This document shows, one piece after another, positions 1-13,162 of a DNA stretch of 35,953 bases. Numbering within the stretch: the first letter of the stretch is position 1; each line of letters begins with the position of its first letter. The notes under the pieces are model-generated. The model did no database searches, had not been told where the DNA came from, and saw only the letters and a list, made by a program, of their open reading frames with translations. The stretch lies in NCBI GenBank assembly GCA_900088475.1, contig FLMG01003912.1:1-35953 (forward strand). The letters run 5' to 3'. This DNA comes from Hyphochytrium catenoides (lineage: Eukaryota; Protista; Hyphochytriomycota). A program made the translations under genes and the position numbers.

Positions 1-59
1 TCTCTCTCTCTCTCTTGCTCTCGCTCTTTCTTTGTCCTCTCTCTCTCTCTCTCTCTAAC

Positions 60-98
<39 letters not shown>

Positions 99-247
99 CT
101 TTGTTTGTCCTCTCTCTCTCTCTCTATAACTGTTGTTTTTCTCTCTCTCTGGATCTCTCTCTCTGATTCTCTCTTCTCTGTTCTCTCTTCCCCTCTCTTA
201 TCGCTCTCCCTCTTCATCTCTCTTTTTCTCTCTCTCTCTTTGTTTGT

Positions 248-285
<38 letters not shown>

Positions 286-643
286 CTTTTCCCCTCCCTT
301 TCTATTTTCCTCTCTTCGACACTTTCTTTGCCTCTCTGTCTCTCTTCTCTTGGCTACCAAGGACTATAAATTCCTGCTTCTTTCACAGCTTCACAAGCCA
401 GGGAGAGGTCACCTTCTCTTCTCATCATCATCGCGCGTCTCTTTCCCAGATTCTCAAGGCTCTCTTTGTACTTCAGAAAGAGTCAGCAAGAATGAGAGAA
501 GTCTCTCTCTCTCTCTCTCTCCCTCTCTCTCTCCAACCGAGGTCTTCTTTCAATCCTCCCAAGAGGGTGATCTCTGTCTCCTATTCTTCGGGGTCTAACC
601 TCTGCTCCCGTAGAACAGACAACAAATAGTGCAGGTACCAAAC

Positions 644-677
<34 letters not shown>

Positions 678-1249
678 TCGTTCTGACGCTCTCTCTCCAG
701 TGCTGTTCTTGGTTAATAACTTCGGAGACAACCGATGAGCAACTGATTAGCAGGAGAAACGCTTTCCTCTTTCCAAAAGTCAGAACGTAAGCACTTCCTC
801 TCTCTTTCTGTCCTCGTGGCTTTCTCTCTCTCTCTGATCTTCCTGATTGGACTGCCTGCGCCAAACGCTCTCCCTCCCCCCTCCTCTCTCTCTCCCCTCT
901 CTCTCTTTCCCTCTTTCTCTCTCTCTCTCTCTCNNNNNNNNNNNNNNNNNNNNNNNNNNNNNNNNNCTCTCTCTCTCCCCTCTACCTGTCTCTTGCTGCT
1001 TCTTTCATATGTGATGCGGAGTTGTTCCCTCTTTGCCCGCTTCTGATGCTACTTTTTATAATCAGTCTCTCTCTCTCTCTTTCTCTGTCCCACACTCATG
1101 ACCGCTAACTTCTCTCTATCTGTTCTCATGCCGCGATTCTGATGTCCTCATCCCTTTCTCCCTCACTTCTCTCCTCCTTTCGGCGCTATAATTTTTGCTG
1201 CCCCTCAGCCGCCAGTAGCTGACATTTGCTGCTTCTGGAGTCCCAGAGT

Positions 1250-1299
<50 letters not shown>

Positions 1300-1488
1300 C
1301 CTTTCTTCTATTCTCTCCCCGTCTGCGCGTTTGTCATCTTTCTTCTCTCTTTCTCTTTTATTTGGCTTTATAACGTCTCAAACCTAGACGTGTAACTCCC
1401 TCCTCACTTCCTTCTTCTACACTTGTGCCCGATTTCTTTCTCTCTCTCTCTTTTTCTCTCTCTGTCTCTCTCTCTCCCCCCGAGCACG

Positions 1489-2354
1489 ATGACGAGCTCA
1501 GATATCGATCCCACGGCCACGTTCTTCGTGATCGCAATAATCTCTCTTCTCTTTGTGATGTTCCTCGGATTCTTCCTTCTCTCAAACTTCAGAAAGTTCT
1601 TCTTTCTCTCCAGCAGCGGGCTGGTCATGATCTTTGGCCTTCTCTTAGGCTTAGCCGCTCTCTCTCTCTTTGATGAGAAAGAGAGAGAGGGAGAGAAAGA
1701 AGGAGAGAGAGATGCGAGTTTGACGGTGACAGAGGAGAATCCTCTTCTCTTTGAGCCTGCAATCTTTTTCGATATTCTTCTCCCTCCGATTATCTTGGAT
1801 GCCGGATATATGATCCATAGAAAGGTGCGAGTCTCTCTCTCTTTCTCTCTCACTCTCTCTCTGTCTGTCTGCCTGTCTCTCTGTCTGTCTCTCTCTCTCC
1901 CCTCTCTTTCTCTGTGTACTACGGTCTCATTCTTTCTTTCTCTGTCTTGCACTCCCTGTCTTTTTCCTGCTTTCTTCATCGGACCTTCTCTCCCCTTTCT
2001 CCCCTTGTTATTTCGTCTTTATTCATATTCCTCAATCTCTCAAGCTTTCTTTCTCTTTGTCTCTCCTTCTTCTGTGGCTCCGTTTCTCTCTTTGCCTTCT
2101 GCCCCCGCCCCTCCTCCCCTATTATCTCCTCCATTGCCTTTGTGTCTGAGTCTTCCCCGTTTCGGTGTCTCTCTCCCCAGTCCTTGTGCTTTCCATCTGT
2201 CTCTCTTTCTTTTTCCCCTATTTCTCCTTAATTCCCTCACTCTCAAAATGGTCTCTCTCTTTCTCTCCCTCGCCTCTCTCGATGGTCGCTCTCTCACTCT
2301 TTTACTCTGAACCTCGTTCTTCTCACTTTTAATGGCCTCTTTCGTTTTCCTTTT

Positions 2355-2431
<77 letters not shown>

Positions 2432-5216
2432 ACTCTCTCTCTTCACACGCATTAGAACTTCTTCCGGAATTTCCATCCTATTATATCTACCGCCGTCCTG
2501 GGCACAATAATCGCCATGTCTTTCGTCTTCGGAGGAATGACTCTTTTAGGAAAGACAGGGTAAGGCTCCTGAAGATTATCGGCTTTTTTGAAGCTTCAAT
2601 GCATCTGCAGAAAGCTTCAAAAAGTGATTCAAAATCTTCATATATATCAGTGAAGAAATTGGGGGTTTTCATTGGTTCTCAGGACGCCTCGGAAACGATC
2701 CAGGACCAATGCTCTTCCTCTCTCTCTCTCTCTGTCTCCCTTTTTCTCTTTATCTCTCTCTGTCTCTCCTCTTAGCAAATGTAACTCACGCAATCTCTCT
2801 TCCTCTTCTAGCGTGGTCACGGATGTCCCATGGACGGAGACTCTAAAGTTCAGCGCTCTCATCAGCGCCATTGACCCAGTCGTCACGCTCGCAGTCTTCC
2901 AGCACTTGGAAGTGCCGGCCATGCTCTTTAACCTTGTCTTTGGAGAGGCCGTGCTGAATGGTAAGGAGTAGATAACTTCTCTTTCTTTCTCCTTCTTGGA
3001 GCTTCTGTCTTCCTCGTTGCATCCTTTACCTTTCTGCTAACTTTTTTCCGTTCCGTCGTTTGCTCTTCTCTCTCTTTCTCTGTGTGTCTCTCTCTGTCCT
3101 GTTGCTCACTTGAAACCCANNNNNNNNNNNNNNNNNNNNNNNNNNNNNNNNNNNNNNNNNNNNNNNNNNNNNNNNNNNNNNNNNNNNNNNNNNNNNNNNN
3201 NNNNNNNNNNNNNNNNNNNNNNNNNNNNNNNNNNNNNNNNNNNNNNNNNNNNNNCTCCCTCTCCCTCTCTCTGGATTCCACAGACGCTGTAGCGCTTGTT
3301 CTCTATGAATCTGTGGAGCATTTACAAGTCGGAGACGCGTTCTCTTCTTCTCTCCTCCTTTACATGGTGAAGGATATTGTGGTCATAACCTTAGGCTCTG
3401 TCGCTATCAGCGTCGTAGTCTCCCTCGCCGGTGCATTTCTGTTGCGGACAAAGCCGATGAGAGAGCTTCAGAATTATCCCACTCACGAAATCTGCATTGT
3501 CCTACTTATCGGCCTTCTCTCTTACTATGTGGCGCTCTGTCTCAACATGAGCGGCGTGGTCTCTGTCTTTCTCTCTGGGATGCTGACGGCGCATTATACG
3601 GTGTATAACCTTAGTCCTGAGGCGCAGGAAGCTCTAGGACATTTGATCCACACTGTCTCTTACATTGCCGAGCAGTTCACCTTCCTCTATATGGGCGCCG
3701 CGATAACACTGACATACCGATCTGGAGCTTCGTTATCGGCTTTGGACTGGCCGTGGATGGTCTGGAGCGTCCTCATTGTCTTTCTCTCTCGTGTCCCAAC
3801 TACCTTCTTACTCTTGGCCGTTGCCAACTGGTTCAGAGGAGATAAGAATGTACTGGTCCCACGCATCCCTTGGCGCTATCAGGTGAGACAACAGCTACCC
3901 TGTCAGCCTCTTATCTGCGCTCAAAATATAAAAAAAAGCTTCAGAACTCAGACGTCTGAAAAGTACTTGTTATTGCGAAAGCTGAAGATTGCAACCAGAA
4001 CCTCTGTTTTCTTTGATTTCTGAGCTTCTGCTGAGTCGCCAATTTTTCTCTCTATTCTCTCGTTTAGCTGTTATGGATCCAATGGTTGTCTCTCGTCCGT
4101 TGGCGCTCTTTCCTCTCTCTTTCTGGTTGTTTGGTCTCGTTATATCTCTCCCTTCTATCTCCCGTTTTTTCTTCTCCATCTTACTCTGCCGTTTGATCTC
4201 CAGACTCTCGTGCTAACTCTGCATGTGTCTCTCCCCTCTCTCTCTCCTCTCTCTCTCTCTTTTTCTCTCTCTTTCTTCCTCTCTCTCACACACACCTTCT
4301 CTCTCTTCAGCTCGCTATCTTTATTGCTGGGCTGCGCGGTGCAGTGGCCTTCGCTCTCTCTTTCAGCTCCACCGGGCCGTACAAAGACCTTATCGTGGGC
4401 GCGACAATGTTGGACGTCCTCTTCACGAATATTGTCTTAGGAGGTTTGACATCTCCTCTACTCAAGCTGCTCAAGATTCCCATGGGAATAGAAAAAAGAG
4501 CGAAAGATGAAGAGGAGAGAAAAAGAGAAGAGAAGGAAGAGAAAGCGAGAGAGAGCGATATGACCCTTACCGAAGAAGGACGGAGACAATGGAAGATCTT
4601 TCATGAAAACAGGAGGAAAGAGAGAGAGACTCGGAGAGAGGAAGAGAGAGAGAGAGAAGAAGAGACAATGACCCCTGCAGACGGACCAGGCTATTGGCGT
4701 ACGCGCTCTGCTGCTGAGTCTTCGGGACATCGGCAAATCTCTGCCAGAGATTCGGAAAATCTTCAAAATGTTCCGCCACCGGGACATTTTTTCAATGAAT
4801 CGACGGCATCGACAGCAGAACCTTGCTCTTCTGGATCCGAAAGAAGCTCTGAACAACGATTTAGAGAGAGAGAAAAAGAGAGAAGAGTGAGCAAAGGAGG
4901 AGGAGAGAAAGAGAGCGAGCAGGTTCTCTCTCCTTCGGTTTGGGCCCTTCCCTCCGCTTCATCCCCTCTAGAGCCAGAGCATTCTCAGACGGCCTACCGC
5001 TCTCCACAAACTCTCACTCTCTCTCTCTCTTCTTCCTCTACCTCTCAACCTATCCCTCGGCCTCTCTCTCTTGCCGAGGAGAGAGAGAGAGAGGGAGCAG
5101 AGAGAGAGAGAGAAAGAGGGGAAAGCGAGCCATCGATCATGAAATGGTGGATGAACGTGGATAATCGCTTCATGAAGAAATGGTTTGGAGGCGAGATCCC
5201 CGCAAGGTTTGCCTGA
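1489..5216 (+). CDS. Na+/H+ exchanger (CPA1 family, NHE/NHX intracellular type), 5 exons, ~697 aa
   Basis: Exons 1489-1824, 2456-2559, 2812-2960, 3284-3882, 4311-5216; all introns GT..AG and frame-consistent. Spliced product has CPA1 motifs FFDILLPPIILDAGY, NFFRNF...AVLGT, SAIDPV, FGEAVLN|DAV (across intron 3), MSGVVSVFLSG, AEQFTFLYMG and GLRGAVAFAL. C-terminal WMNVDNRFMKKWFGG resembles the plant NHX-type tail motif. An additional upstream exon cannot be excluded. Confidence 0.93.
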
Positions 5217-6384
5217 GAAAGAGAGAGCACCTTTCTCTCTCTCTCTCTCTCTTCAAACAGTCTCCCTCTCTCTCTGTCGCTCTCCCTTTACCTCTTCCTC
5301 TTCCTCTCACCCTGGTCACGCTATAAAGCAAGAAATCATAAGAGGGACAGTAACTAAGCACGATGAAACCGGACCTACAAGCCGAATTAAGAGAGAGAAG
5401 AGAGAGAGAAAACTGAAGAGTCCTCTTCTCTCTCCCGCTTTATTTAATATGATCCTTGTCCGAGAAACTAGAGGCTGACGAACTTTGTTCCGTCTTTTTT
5501 TACCCATCTTATGCTCTCTCTCTCTCTCTCTCTCCTTCTCTCTCTCTCGCTCTCTCACTCTCTCTCTCTCTCTCTCTCTCGCTTTCCTCCTCTCTCAACT
5601 AACTCATTCGTCTTTAACTCCTTTCTCTGGTGCCACTTGTCTCTCTCGTCCGTACGCGGCCACTTGTCTCTGTCTCCTCAACTCGTTTCTCTCTGTCTCT
5701 CTCTCGCTGTTTTTAACTCAGTTCGCTCTCTCAATCTCTTTTCCCGTCTCTGTCCGTCTGGCGTTATTCTCTCTCTCCCTCTCTTTCTCTGTCTCTCTCT
5801 CTCTCTCTTGTCTCTCTCGCTCTCTCTCAATCTTTATCTCTCTCTCAATCTTTCTCTGTTTCTGTCTCTCTTTCTCGTCTTCTGTCTTTTTTGCGTGTGC
5901 TATAGACGCGTATATCCCCAGATGGAGTCACTTTCAGATCAGTCGTCTCTGTCTCCGCACAGGACTGTTTAGAGAGAGAAGGGAGAACGGAAGAGAGAGA
6001 TTTAACTAAAGTCCGATCACAGAGAGAGTCCCTTCAGCCCTTCGGGGGGAAACAGAGCGAGAAGAGAGAGGGAAAAGAGAGAGAGAACAAGACCAAAATT
6101 TTCTTCTTTGTTTAGCTGCAAGCTTATATCTCCTTGGGAGGGAGCGCGGGAGGGAGACAAGGAGAGAGAGAGAAAGGAAATAAAAAGAAAGAGATAAGAC
6201 AGAGAATGGGGGAGGGAGCGAGAGAGAGAGAGGCAGAGAGAGTGCCTCTCGTCTATAGAATAGTCCCTAGGAATAACTACGAAAGCCCGTGACCTCTGTA
6301 AGCAAACATCTGTTCCTCTTTTTGAAAAATTATTATGGGCAAGATAAGAGTAGTAAGGTTGCGACCTCCTTCGCCTCGGAAAAG

Positions 6385-6525
6385 AAAGAGAAACCTCTCT
6401 CTTTCTCTCTCTCTTCCCTTTCAGTTGATCACTCTGACCTCCTGCTTAGGTTTCACTTCCCATCTTTAGCGGCTATTCTTCCATTCTTTCAGCCCTCTTC
6501 ACTTCGAAAAGAGGAGATAGAAACA

Positions 6526-6557
<32 letters not shown>

Positions 6558-6630
6558 CCTTTAGGTGATCACTCTGACCTCCTGCTTCGGTCCGACCTCT
6601 ATCTCTAGCGGCCTATTCTTCCATTCTTCG
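6385..6630. repeat. ~140-bp degenerate tandem duplication including the last ~24 codons of the DGAT2 gene
   Basis: TGATCACTCTGACCTCCTGCTT occurs at 6426-6447 and 6566-6587. Each copy is followed by TAGCGG(C)CTATTCTTCCATTCTT and preceded by GAAAC-(CT)n-TTCCCTTT. Confidence 0.85.
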
Positions 6631-7497
6631 CTATAAACCCCGCGATATTCCTTGTATATCCGCGCCAACTCTTCCAGGACCAGCGCGTGAACTCTGTCCA
6701 CTTCCTCTTCAAAACCTTTCTCTCCTCTCTCTCTCTTCTCCACAGGAATGGCTCTCCCCACGACCATCATCAAAGGGTTAGGACGAGGGACAGGAAGGCC
6801 CCATCTCCCGTAAGGCATCAGGAAAGAGAAGAATGTCTTTCGGCTGAGTTTCTCGAGAGAGAGAAAGCTCTCTCTCCCTCCCACAGCAGACAGAGTTTGG
6901 CTGACTCCAAAGTGATAAACAGGAACAATAGGCGCGCCGCTCTCTACCGCGATCTTGACAAAGCCTTTTCTATAGCCAATCATGAACTCTTTCTCGCGGA
7001 AACAGGTGTACATCTCTGCGAGACCGCCCACGACCACGGCGGTTGTGCCCCTAGAGAATGGGAGAGAGAGAGAGAGACAAAGAGAGAGAGAGAGAGGCAA
7101 AAAGAGAGAGAAAAAAAAAAGAAAGGAGTGAGTGACTAGCACTATCTGGAAAGGCTGATACAAGAGGGAGAAGACGGGAGAGAGAGAGAGAGAGAGAGAG
7201 AGGAGTGAAAAGTCCTAGGGTTTGCAACATCAAAATGAGAAAGAGAAGACAGCACCGTTTAGGGAATACTCAGGAAAGACTGCTTTGAATAGAGCAAGAA
7301 AGGCAGAGAGACAGTGAGCATAAAAGGGCGCGAAAAGAGAAAGAAAGAAAGGAAAGAGCGAGAGAGAGAGAGAGAGTGAGGAAGCCATGGGGAAAAGAAA
7401 GCTTCTCCTTCCTCAAAAAAAGCGAGAGCTCTCTCTTAGAAAAGCAGGAGAGTGAGATAAGACGATTAAGGAAGGGAAAAAGAGAAACTGCCAGGTA

Positions 7498-7548
<51 letters not shown>

Positions 7549-8279
7549 GAGAGTCCTTACTTCTTCAAGAGCCTTAAGAAATTCTTAGCGGTTGCGGGTT
7601 CACATCCGATCCAGGACATGAAGTGCTTGAAGAGAGGAATGACGAACATCGTCGAGGAAGAAATTGCATAGATTTTCTTCCCAGGCCAAAGCTTGTCAGT
7701 GATGGAAGCGCAGACAATCTGACTCCAGGGAATGACGCCCTGACAAGAGAGAGAGAGAGAGAGANNNNNNNNNNNNNNNNNNNNNNNNNNNNNNNNNNNN
7801 NNNNNNNNNNNNNNNNNNNNNNNNNAGAGAGAGAGAGAGAGAGAGGGAGAGAGAAAGAAAGAGAACGGAGAAACAAAGAAACGGAAGAGATTCAAAAGTC
7901 GGGAGAGGAAACGAAAGTGGTGTGAGAGAGGAGAGCGGGAGAAAAAAAAAGAATAAAGTGAGCGAGACGAGACATTCGTGGGAGGAGAACGCGTCAAAAA
8001 GAGAGAAAAACAGAGAAAGAGAGAGACAGAATGTCCGAAAACCAGCAAGGAATGTAAAGGATTTATGATAGTCGAGAGGAAGCTAAGGGAGGAGGACTTG
8101 CTAGGACGTTGTATGCACTGCGAGAGGCAGAGAAAGAGAGAGAGAGAGAGAGAGAGGAAGAGAGAAAATTGAAGAGAAAGAGAGAACAACACCGGACGAA
8201 GAGGCATCAAGGACCTCCTAGTCTTCAAATGGAGAACACAGAAGACAGGCCGAACGGGAAGAAAGAAAGAGCGAAAGAA

Positions 8280-8318
<39 letters not shown>

Positions 8319-8931
8319 AAGAGAAGAAGAAGTGGAGAGGGAGCGACTTACATGTGGAAATTCTGCCAGGACGTAGTGCTTGTCCGCCTCCATGTCCTCC
8401 TCGAGGACAAAAGACATAGAAAAGTACTGCCGCCAGTACCGAAAGAGGAAAGAGTTCAAAAAGCCCTGGGAAGAAAGCCACCGGGAGAACAAAATAGGAA
8501 GAGGGGAAGAGAGAGAGAGAGAGAGAAAGCGAGAGAGGGATATTAGTATAAAAGATAAACCAAGATTTGACGGTAAGGGTAGGACGACTCCGGCTAGCCT
8601 GAAAGGCAGACACGGAAAGCCAAAGCAAGACTCAAGGGCAGGGAGAGAGAGAGAAAGAGAGAGACGAAAAAAGGGATAGGAGAGAAGAAAGAGAAGAAAG
8701 GGAGACTAGAGAAGAGAAAACAAGCAAGAGACAGAAGTAACAACCGCAATAGCGGAGGATCATCTATGCGTTCAGCAACGGCAAAGAGACAAAATGAGGA
8801 AGAGAGAGAGAGAGAGACCGAGAGAGAAAAAAGGGATAGGAGAGAGGAAGGAGAAAGAGGAAAAGGAGAGCAGAGAGAAACCAAGTAAGAGGAGACAGAA
8901 GTCATAACCCCAATAGCAGAAAGATTTATCT

Positions 8932-8979
<48 letters not shown>

Positions 8980-9390
8980 GGGAGGGAGAGAACGACATAC
9001 CGGCCAAAAGACCTGTGCTGGGAACTTCACAGAGAGAAGAAGAAAGAGAAAGACGGCGAGCCAGACGCGAGAGAAGAGCGCGGCCACGCCAATTATCATC
9101 AAAATCAAGAACCAGCTGGAGAAGAAGGTCGCCGTAATCAACGCGATGATCTTCGGAATTAGCTTCTGATTCTTTCCGCATTCTTCCAGAGGCTCCACGA
9201 AGATCCGGCGCTGGAACTGAAGCTTGGAAGAAGAAAGAGACAAGAAAGGAGTGGTGGTGCCTTTCTTCTTCTCCCCTTCTTCTTTCTGTCTCTTTGTCTC
9301 TTCTTTAGAAGGAGAAGGATTCGAAGAGATAGCTCTTCGAGTAAGAGTTGAGGAGGAAGATGATGGCGTGGACTCGGAGGATGCAGCCAT
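6561..9390 (-). CDS. Diacylglycerol/monoacylglycerol acyltransferase, DGAT2 (DAGAT) family, 4 exons, ~390 aa
   Basis: Exons 9390-9001, 8465-8352, 7739-7561, 7050-6561 with GT..AG boundaries. N-terminal hydrophobic hairpin, FRYWRQYF, EFPH|G (variant of the HPHG catalytic motif), VVVGGLAEMY, RKGFVKIAVESGAPIVPVYHFG, GRWGLPVPRP, VVGRAIPV and VDRVH, all DGAT2-family motifs. Confidence 0.92.
8650..8936. repeat. ~160-bp degenerate tandem duplication in DGAT2 intron 1
   Basis: AAAAAAGGGATAGGAGAG at ~8667 and ~8827; GAGACAGAAGT..AACC.CAATAGC.GA...ATCTATG is present in both copies. Confidence 0.7.
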
Positions 9391-9694
9391 GATGATGAGC
9401 ACGTTAAAACTCTTTTCTGAAGCTTTTTGCAGGCGTCTGAAAGATTTTCCAGATGAAGATTATCGGCTTCTTTTGCTCTGAAAGCTAAAGGAAAGATAGC
9501 GAAGGGGGGGAGGCACTAGACACAACTGGGGAAGTTGGTAATTGACTGCTTTTGAAGAAGGAAGATTGATGATGGAAGAAGAACAGAGAAAGCGTAAAGA
9601 GAGCCAGACTAGCGGGATATTCAAAGAAAGAGCGATCAAAACGAGAGAGAGAGGACGGGACGAGAGAAGACTAGGGAGGGGCAAGGCGAGAGGC

Positions 9695-9740
<46 letters not shown>

Positions 9741-9868
9741 ACAAGAGCGAAAGAGACGTCGCCTTTAGCCGACTGATGTGGCGTCCAATGGATGCGAGGG
9801 CAACTTGTCACGGGGAGAGGATGCGGGCGTGGGAAAGAGAGCGAGCAGGCTAGCACGACCTCTTCATG

Positions 9869-9917
<49 letters not shown>

Positions 9918-10225
9918 GAAGAGAGAGGGAGAGCGCGATGATTGGCTAAGGGTGGAGGAGAGGAAAGGGAAGAGAGAGGAAGGACAATGAGAAAGAGCGA
10001 CAGCACGGTCAAGTGATTAGAGATAGATAGAAAGAGGGAGGACAGAGAGAAAGAGGGAGGACAAACAAGAGAGAAAGAGAGCCAACACAGAAAGGGGTGA
10101 GAGAGAGCAGAGAGACAGAACAGAGAGAGAGAGAGAAGGCCACCGTGGAGACAGAGACAAGTGATCACACCAGAGCAGAGAGAGAACAAACGAAAGAGAG
10201 AAAAAGAGAGAAAAAGAGAAAAGAG

Positions 10226-10392
10226 AGCAAAAGAGAGAGAGGGAGAAAGCAAAAGAGAGAGAGAGAGAGAAAGCAAAAGAGAGAGAGAGAGAGAGAAAGC
10301 AAAAGAGAGAAGGAAAGAGCAAAAGAGAGAGAGAGAGAAAGCAAAAGAGAGAGAGAGAAAGATAGCAAAAGAGAGAGAGAGAGAGAGAGAGA
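10226..10392. repeat. Minisatellite of AGCAAAA(GA)n units (~22-26 bp, ~7 copies)
   Basis: AGCAAAAGAGAGA recurs, separated by variable-length GA runs. Confidence 0.8.
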
Positions 10393-10884
10393 AAGAGCCC
10401 CCACACCCACAACCAAGAGTCATGGTGACGACGGGAGGACAGCACCATGACTGCGAGGACAGAATATTACAAGAATCACCGGCGGTTATTCCGATTTCAA
10501 AGCGTATAAACTAGAAGACTAAGAAGAGCGCCTGGTGACGAAAATGAAAAGTGCAAGAGGAACTAACGGTTTCAGAACCCTTCAGTTTCCTCTGTTGATT
10601 TTGGATTGAGTGCACGGTGTGGCTGCGCTATTCGGAAAATAGCCCACAAAGGCTGGCATTATTCTCTAATAACTAATGGCCTATTTTACAAAAGAGGACC
10701 AGACCCTCCACCTGTTTTGACTTTTTCACTTGTAACGGACGATTGATCCACAAGTCAGATTCGTAATAAAGCGCTAAAGATTTGCTTTATTAGATATAAG
10801 CGCAAATTACTTTAGGAATAGAGCCCTCTGTTGGTAATGACAGGTAAAGCAAGGGAAAGCGAGAGAGAGTAAAAGAGAGGGATT

Positions 10885-10938
<54 letters not shown>

Positions 10939-11861
10939 AGAAGAAGAAGGAAAGAGCTGTGACAGCAGATTTAGAGGAGAGACAGGTGAGGGTAATAGAG
11001 AGAAAGACTCATCAAGAGAAGAGAGAGTGAAGAGAGAGAGAAGCACAAAGGATACTCCGTAAATTTATTGGGTGTGCTTTTAGGGTTTCAAACGCATAAG
11101 GGAAAGAAGAAAGAGAGATTGAGAAGCGTCAAGAGTCACCCGGAGGAGGGTAAGCAAGAGAGAGAGAGCGAGAGAGAGAGAGAGAGAGAAAGAAAGAGAG
11201 AGAGGGAGCGACAAAACAACTGCAATTGGTCAAAGCATCGTAGCGATAGCGTTCGACTTCTTTTCCTCTTCTCTCTCTCTTCTTGGCTTGGGTCTAGGTC
11301 CTTTCCAACATCAAGACGTCTTTACGTTATCGCATTTTTCCTTTCTCTCTCTTTCTCCTCTCCCTCTCCCCTCCTAGACATCGATCCATTGAAACTCCCC
11401 AGGGAGCCGTCATGTTAACCCTTCCACTTTCGGAAGGACAGTCGACAACAAGGGTCCCCGCAGTCTTCTCTTCTATTCTCTCTCTCTCTCCCTCCTCTCT
11501 CTTTCTCTGTCTATCTCGCTCTCTCTATCTAATGTGCCTCTTCCTGAGCTCTGCCGCCGCGGCAGAGATCGATAAGAGAGAGAGAAAAGAGAGAAAGCAG
11601 AAGTACTGAGATTTTAGGAGAGAAAGAGACTGGGCAAGTGGGTGAGAAGTCTCTCCTCCCAGAAAGGTCGGGGATTATTCTTCCCATTACGGGAAGAATA
11701 CGAGCTATTGAGAGAGAAAGAGAAAACGGAGAAAGGCTCTTTGGCTTCTCTTCCCTCTCTTTCCTCTTTATTCTGTCTTGGCCATTGAAAAGGTGCCTCG
11801 TAGGAGAGAGAGAGAGGCACTCTGGTTGTGTTTTGGTTCTTCTCTCTCACTCTTCCTCGCC

Positions 11862-12639
11862 ATGACTCTCTCCTACGATGGAGACGTGTCAGGAGAGAGA
11901 GAGACGGGAACAGTAGAAGGAAAAGAGACAACGTATTTCTCTCTTTATCAAACCTCCTATTCTCTCTCTCTCGCTGCTCTTGCCAATATCCTTGTCTCTC
12001 TCTCTGCCATTATCGTGGTTTACCTTATGTTTCAGCGCCGTCATCTCTTTCCTCTTCATGTGGCTCCCTTCTGGCTCCAAGCGTCAACTCACGTGGGATG
12101 TGCCGTGGGAATCTTAGCAGATACGCATCCGGCTCTCTTCCATGCTCCGCAGGTGAGAAGAGAGAGAGAGAGCGAGAGAGAGAGAAAGGGGGAGAGAGGA
12201 GTAATGGGAGAGAGCTGATGCATAGTAGGAGAGAGAGAGCGAGAGAGAGCGAAGAGATCCAATGCAGAAGGGCACGGCGACGACAAGAGACAGTAATCTA
12301 CTTGGAGACAAATGCGGAAGACCGAGGGAGACAAAACCAGTAGGGAAGAGAAGTTAAGAAGAACAGAGAGAAGCTCTTTCATAGAGATTGACCACTACTT
12401 CTCTCTCTTGCTCTCGCTCTCTCTCTTGTCTTAGTGCGTGATGTTCTGGCTGTACTATCCTATTCTCCATTGGGTTCCCTTCGTCTCAGGCGTACTGATG
12501 CTGATGTGGTAGGCAACCTCTCCTCCTCCTCCTCTCTCTCTCTCCCTCACCCCAATCTCTCTCCTCACTCTCTCTCTCCTCACTCTCTCCTCTCTCGCCT
12601 TCTCTTCTCTCCTTCTCTTCTCTCTTTCTCTCCCCCCTC

Positions 12640-12672
<33 letters not shown>

Positions 12673-12712
12673 NNNNNNNNNNNNNNNNNNNNNNNNNNNN
12701 NNNNNNNNNNCT

Positions 12713-12768
<56 letters not shown>

Positions 12769-13124
12769 GCTTCTCTTCAGGGCCAAGTTGACCTTTCATC
12801 AGCCCTCATTCTAAACTTTCCCTCCACGTTTGTAGAATAACGTCAACCTGTCCATACTAACTCACCATTGTATTCCGGATAGGTACGTCCAAGCCTCCTA
12901 CGTCGTCCAACTCCTCCGCTCGCGCCGCGCTCCGCCTTCCTCTTTCTTCCTTGGCGGCCGTCTTCACTGGTGGACAGTGCAGCCCAAATGGCTGGCTTTG
13001 CAGTATTTAGCGCTGTCCATGGTCCTCTCCGTCCCGCAGATCGTCATCTTTGCCATAGATTATCTGTTAGTCGGGCTTGATACACAGCTCTGTACCTTCA
13101 ACACCCTCGGCGCGGTGCGTGGAG

Positions 13125-13162
<38 letters not shown>

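Noticed and set aside
15-1100. SL-/ER-rich ORFs here and at 5485-6009, 9671-10514, 14729-16019 and 28542-28950
   Set aside because: Translations of (CT)n/(GA)n tracts, which are stop-poor by nature; no family motifs.
3120-3254. Missing NHE exon in the N gap
   Set aside because: Flanking exons join exactly to give the conserved LNDAV motif.
12781-12814. Alternative acceptor for RGS-gene exon 3 after TTCAG at 12780
   Set aside because: Leads to TAA after 10 codons. The 12883 acceptor has a TACTAAC branch point and keeps frame.
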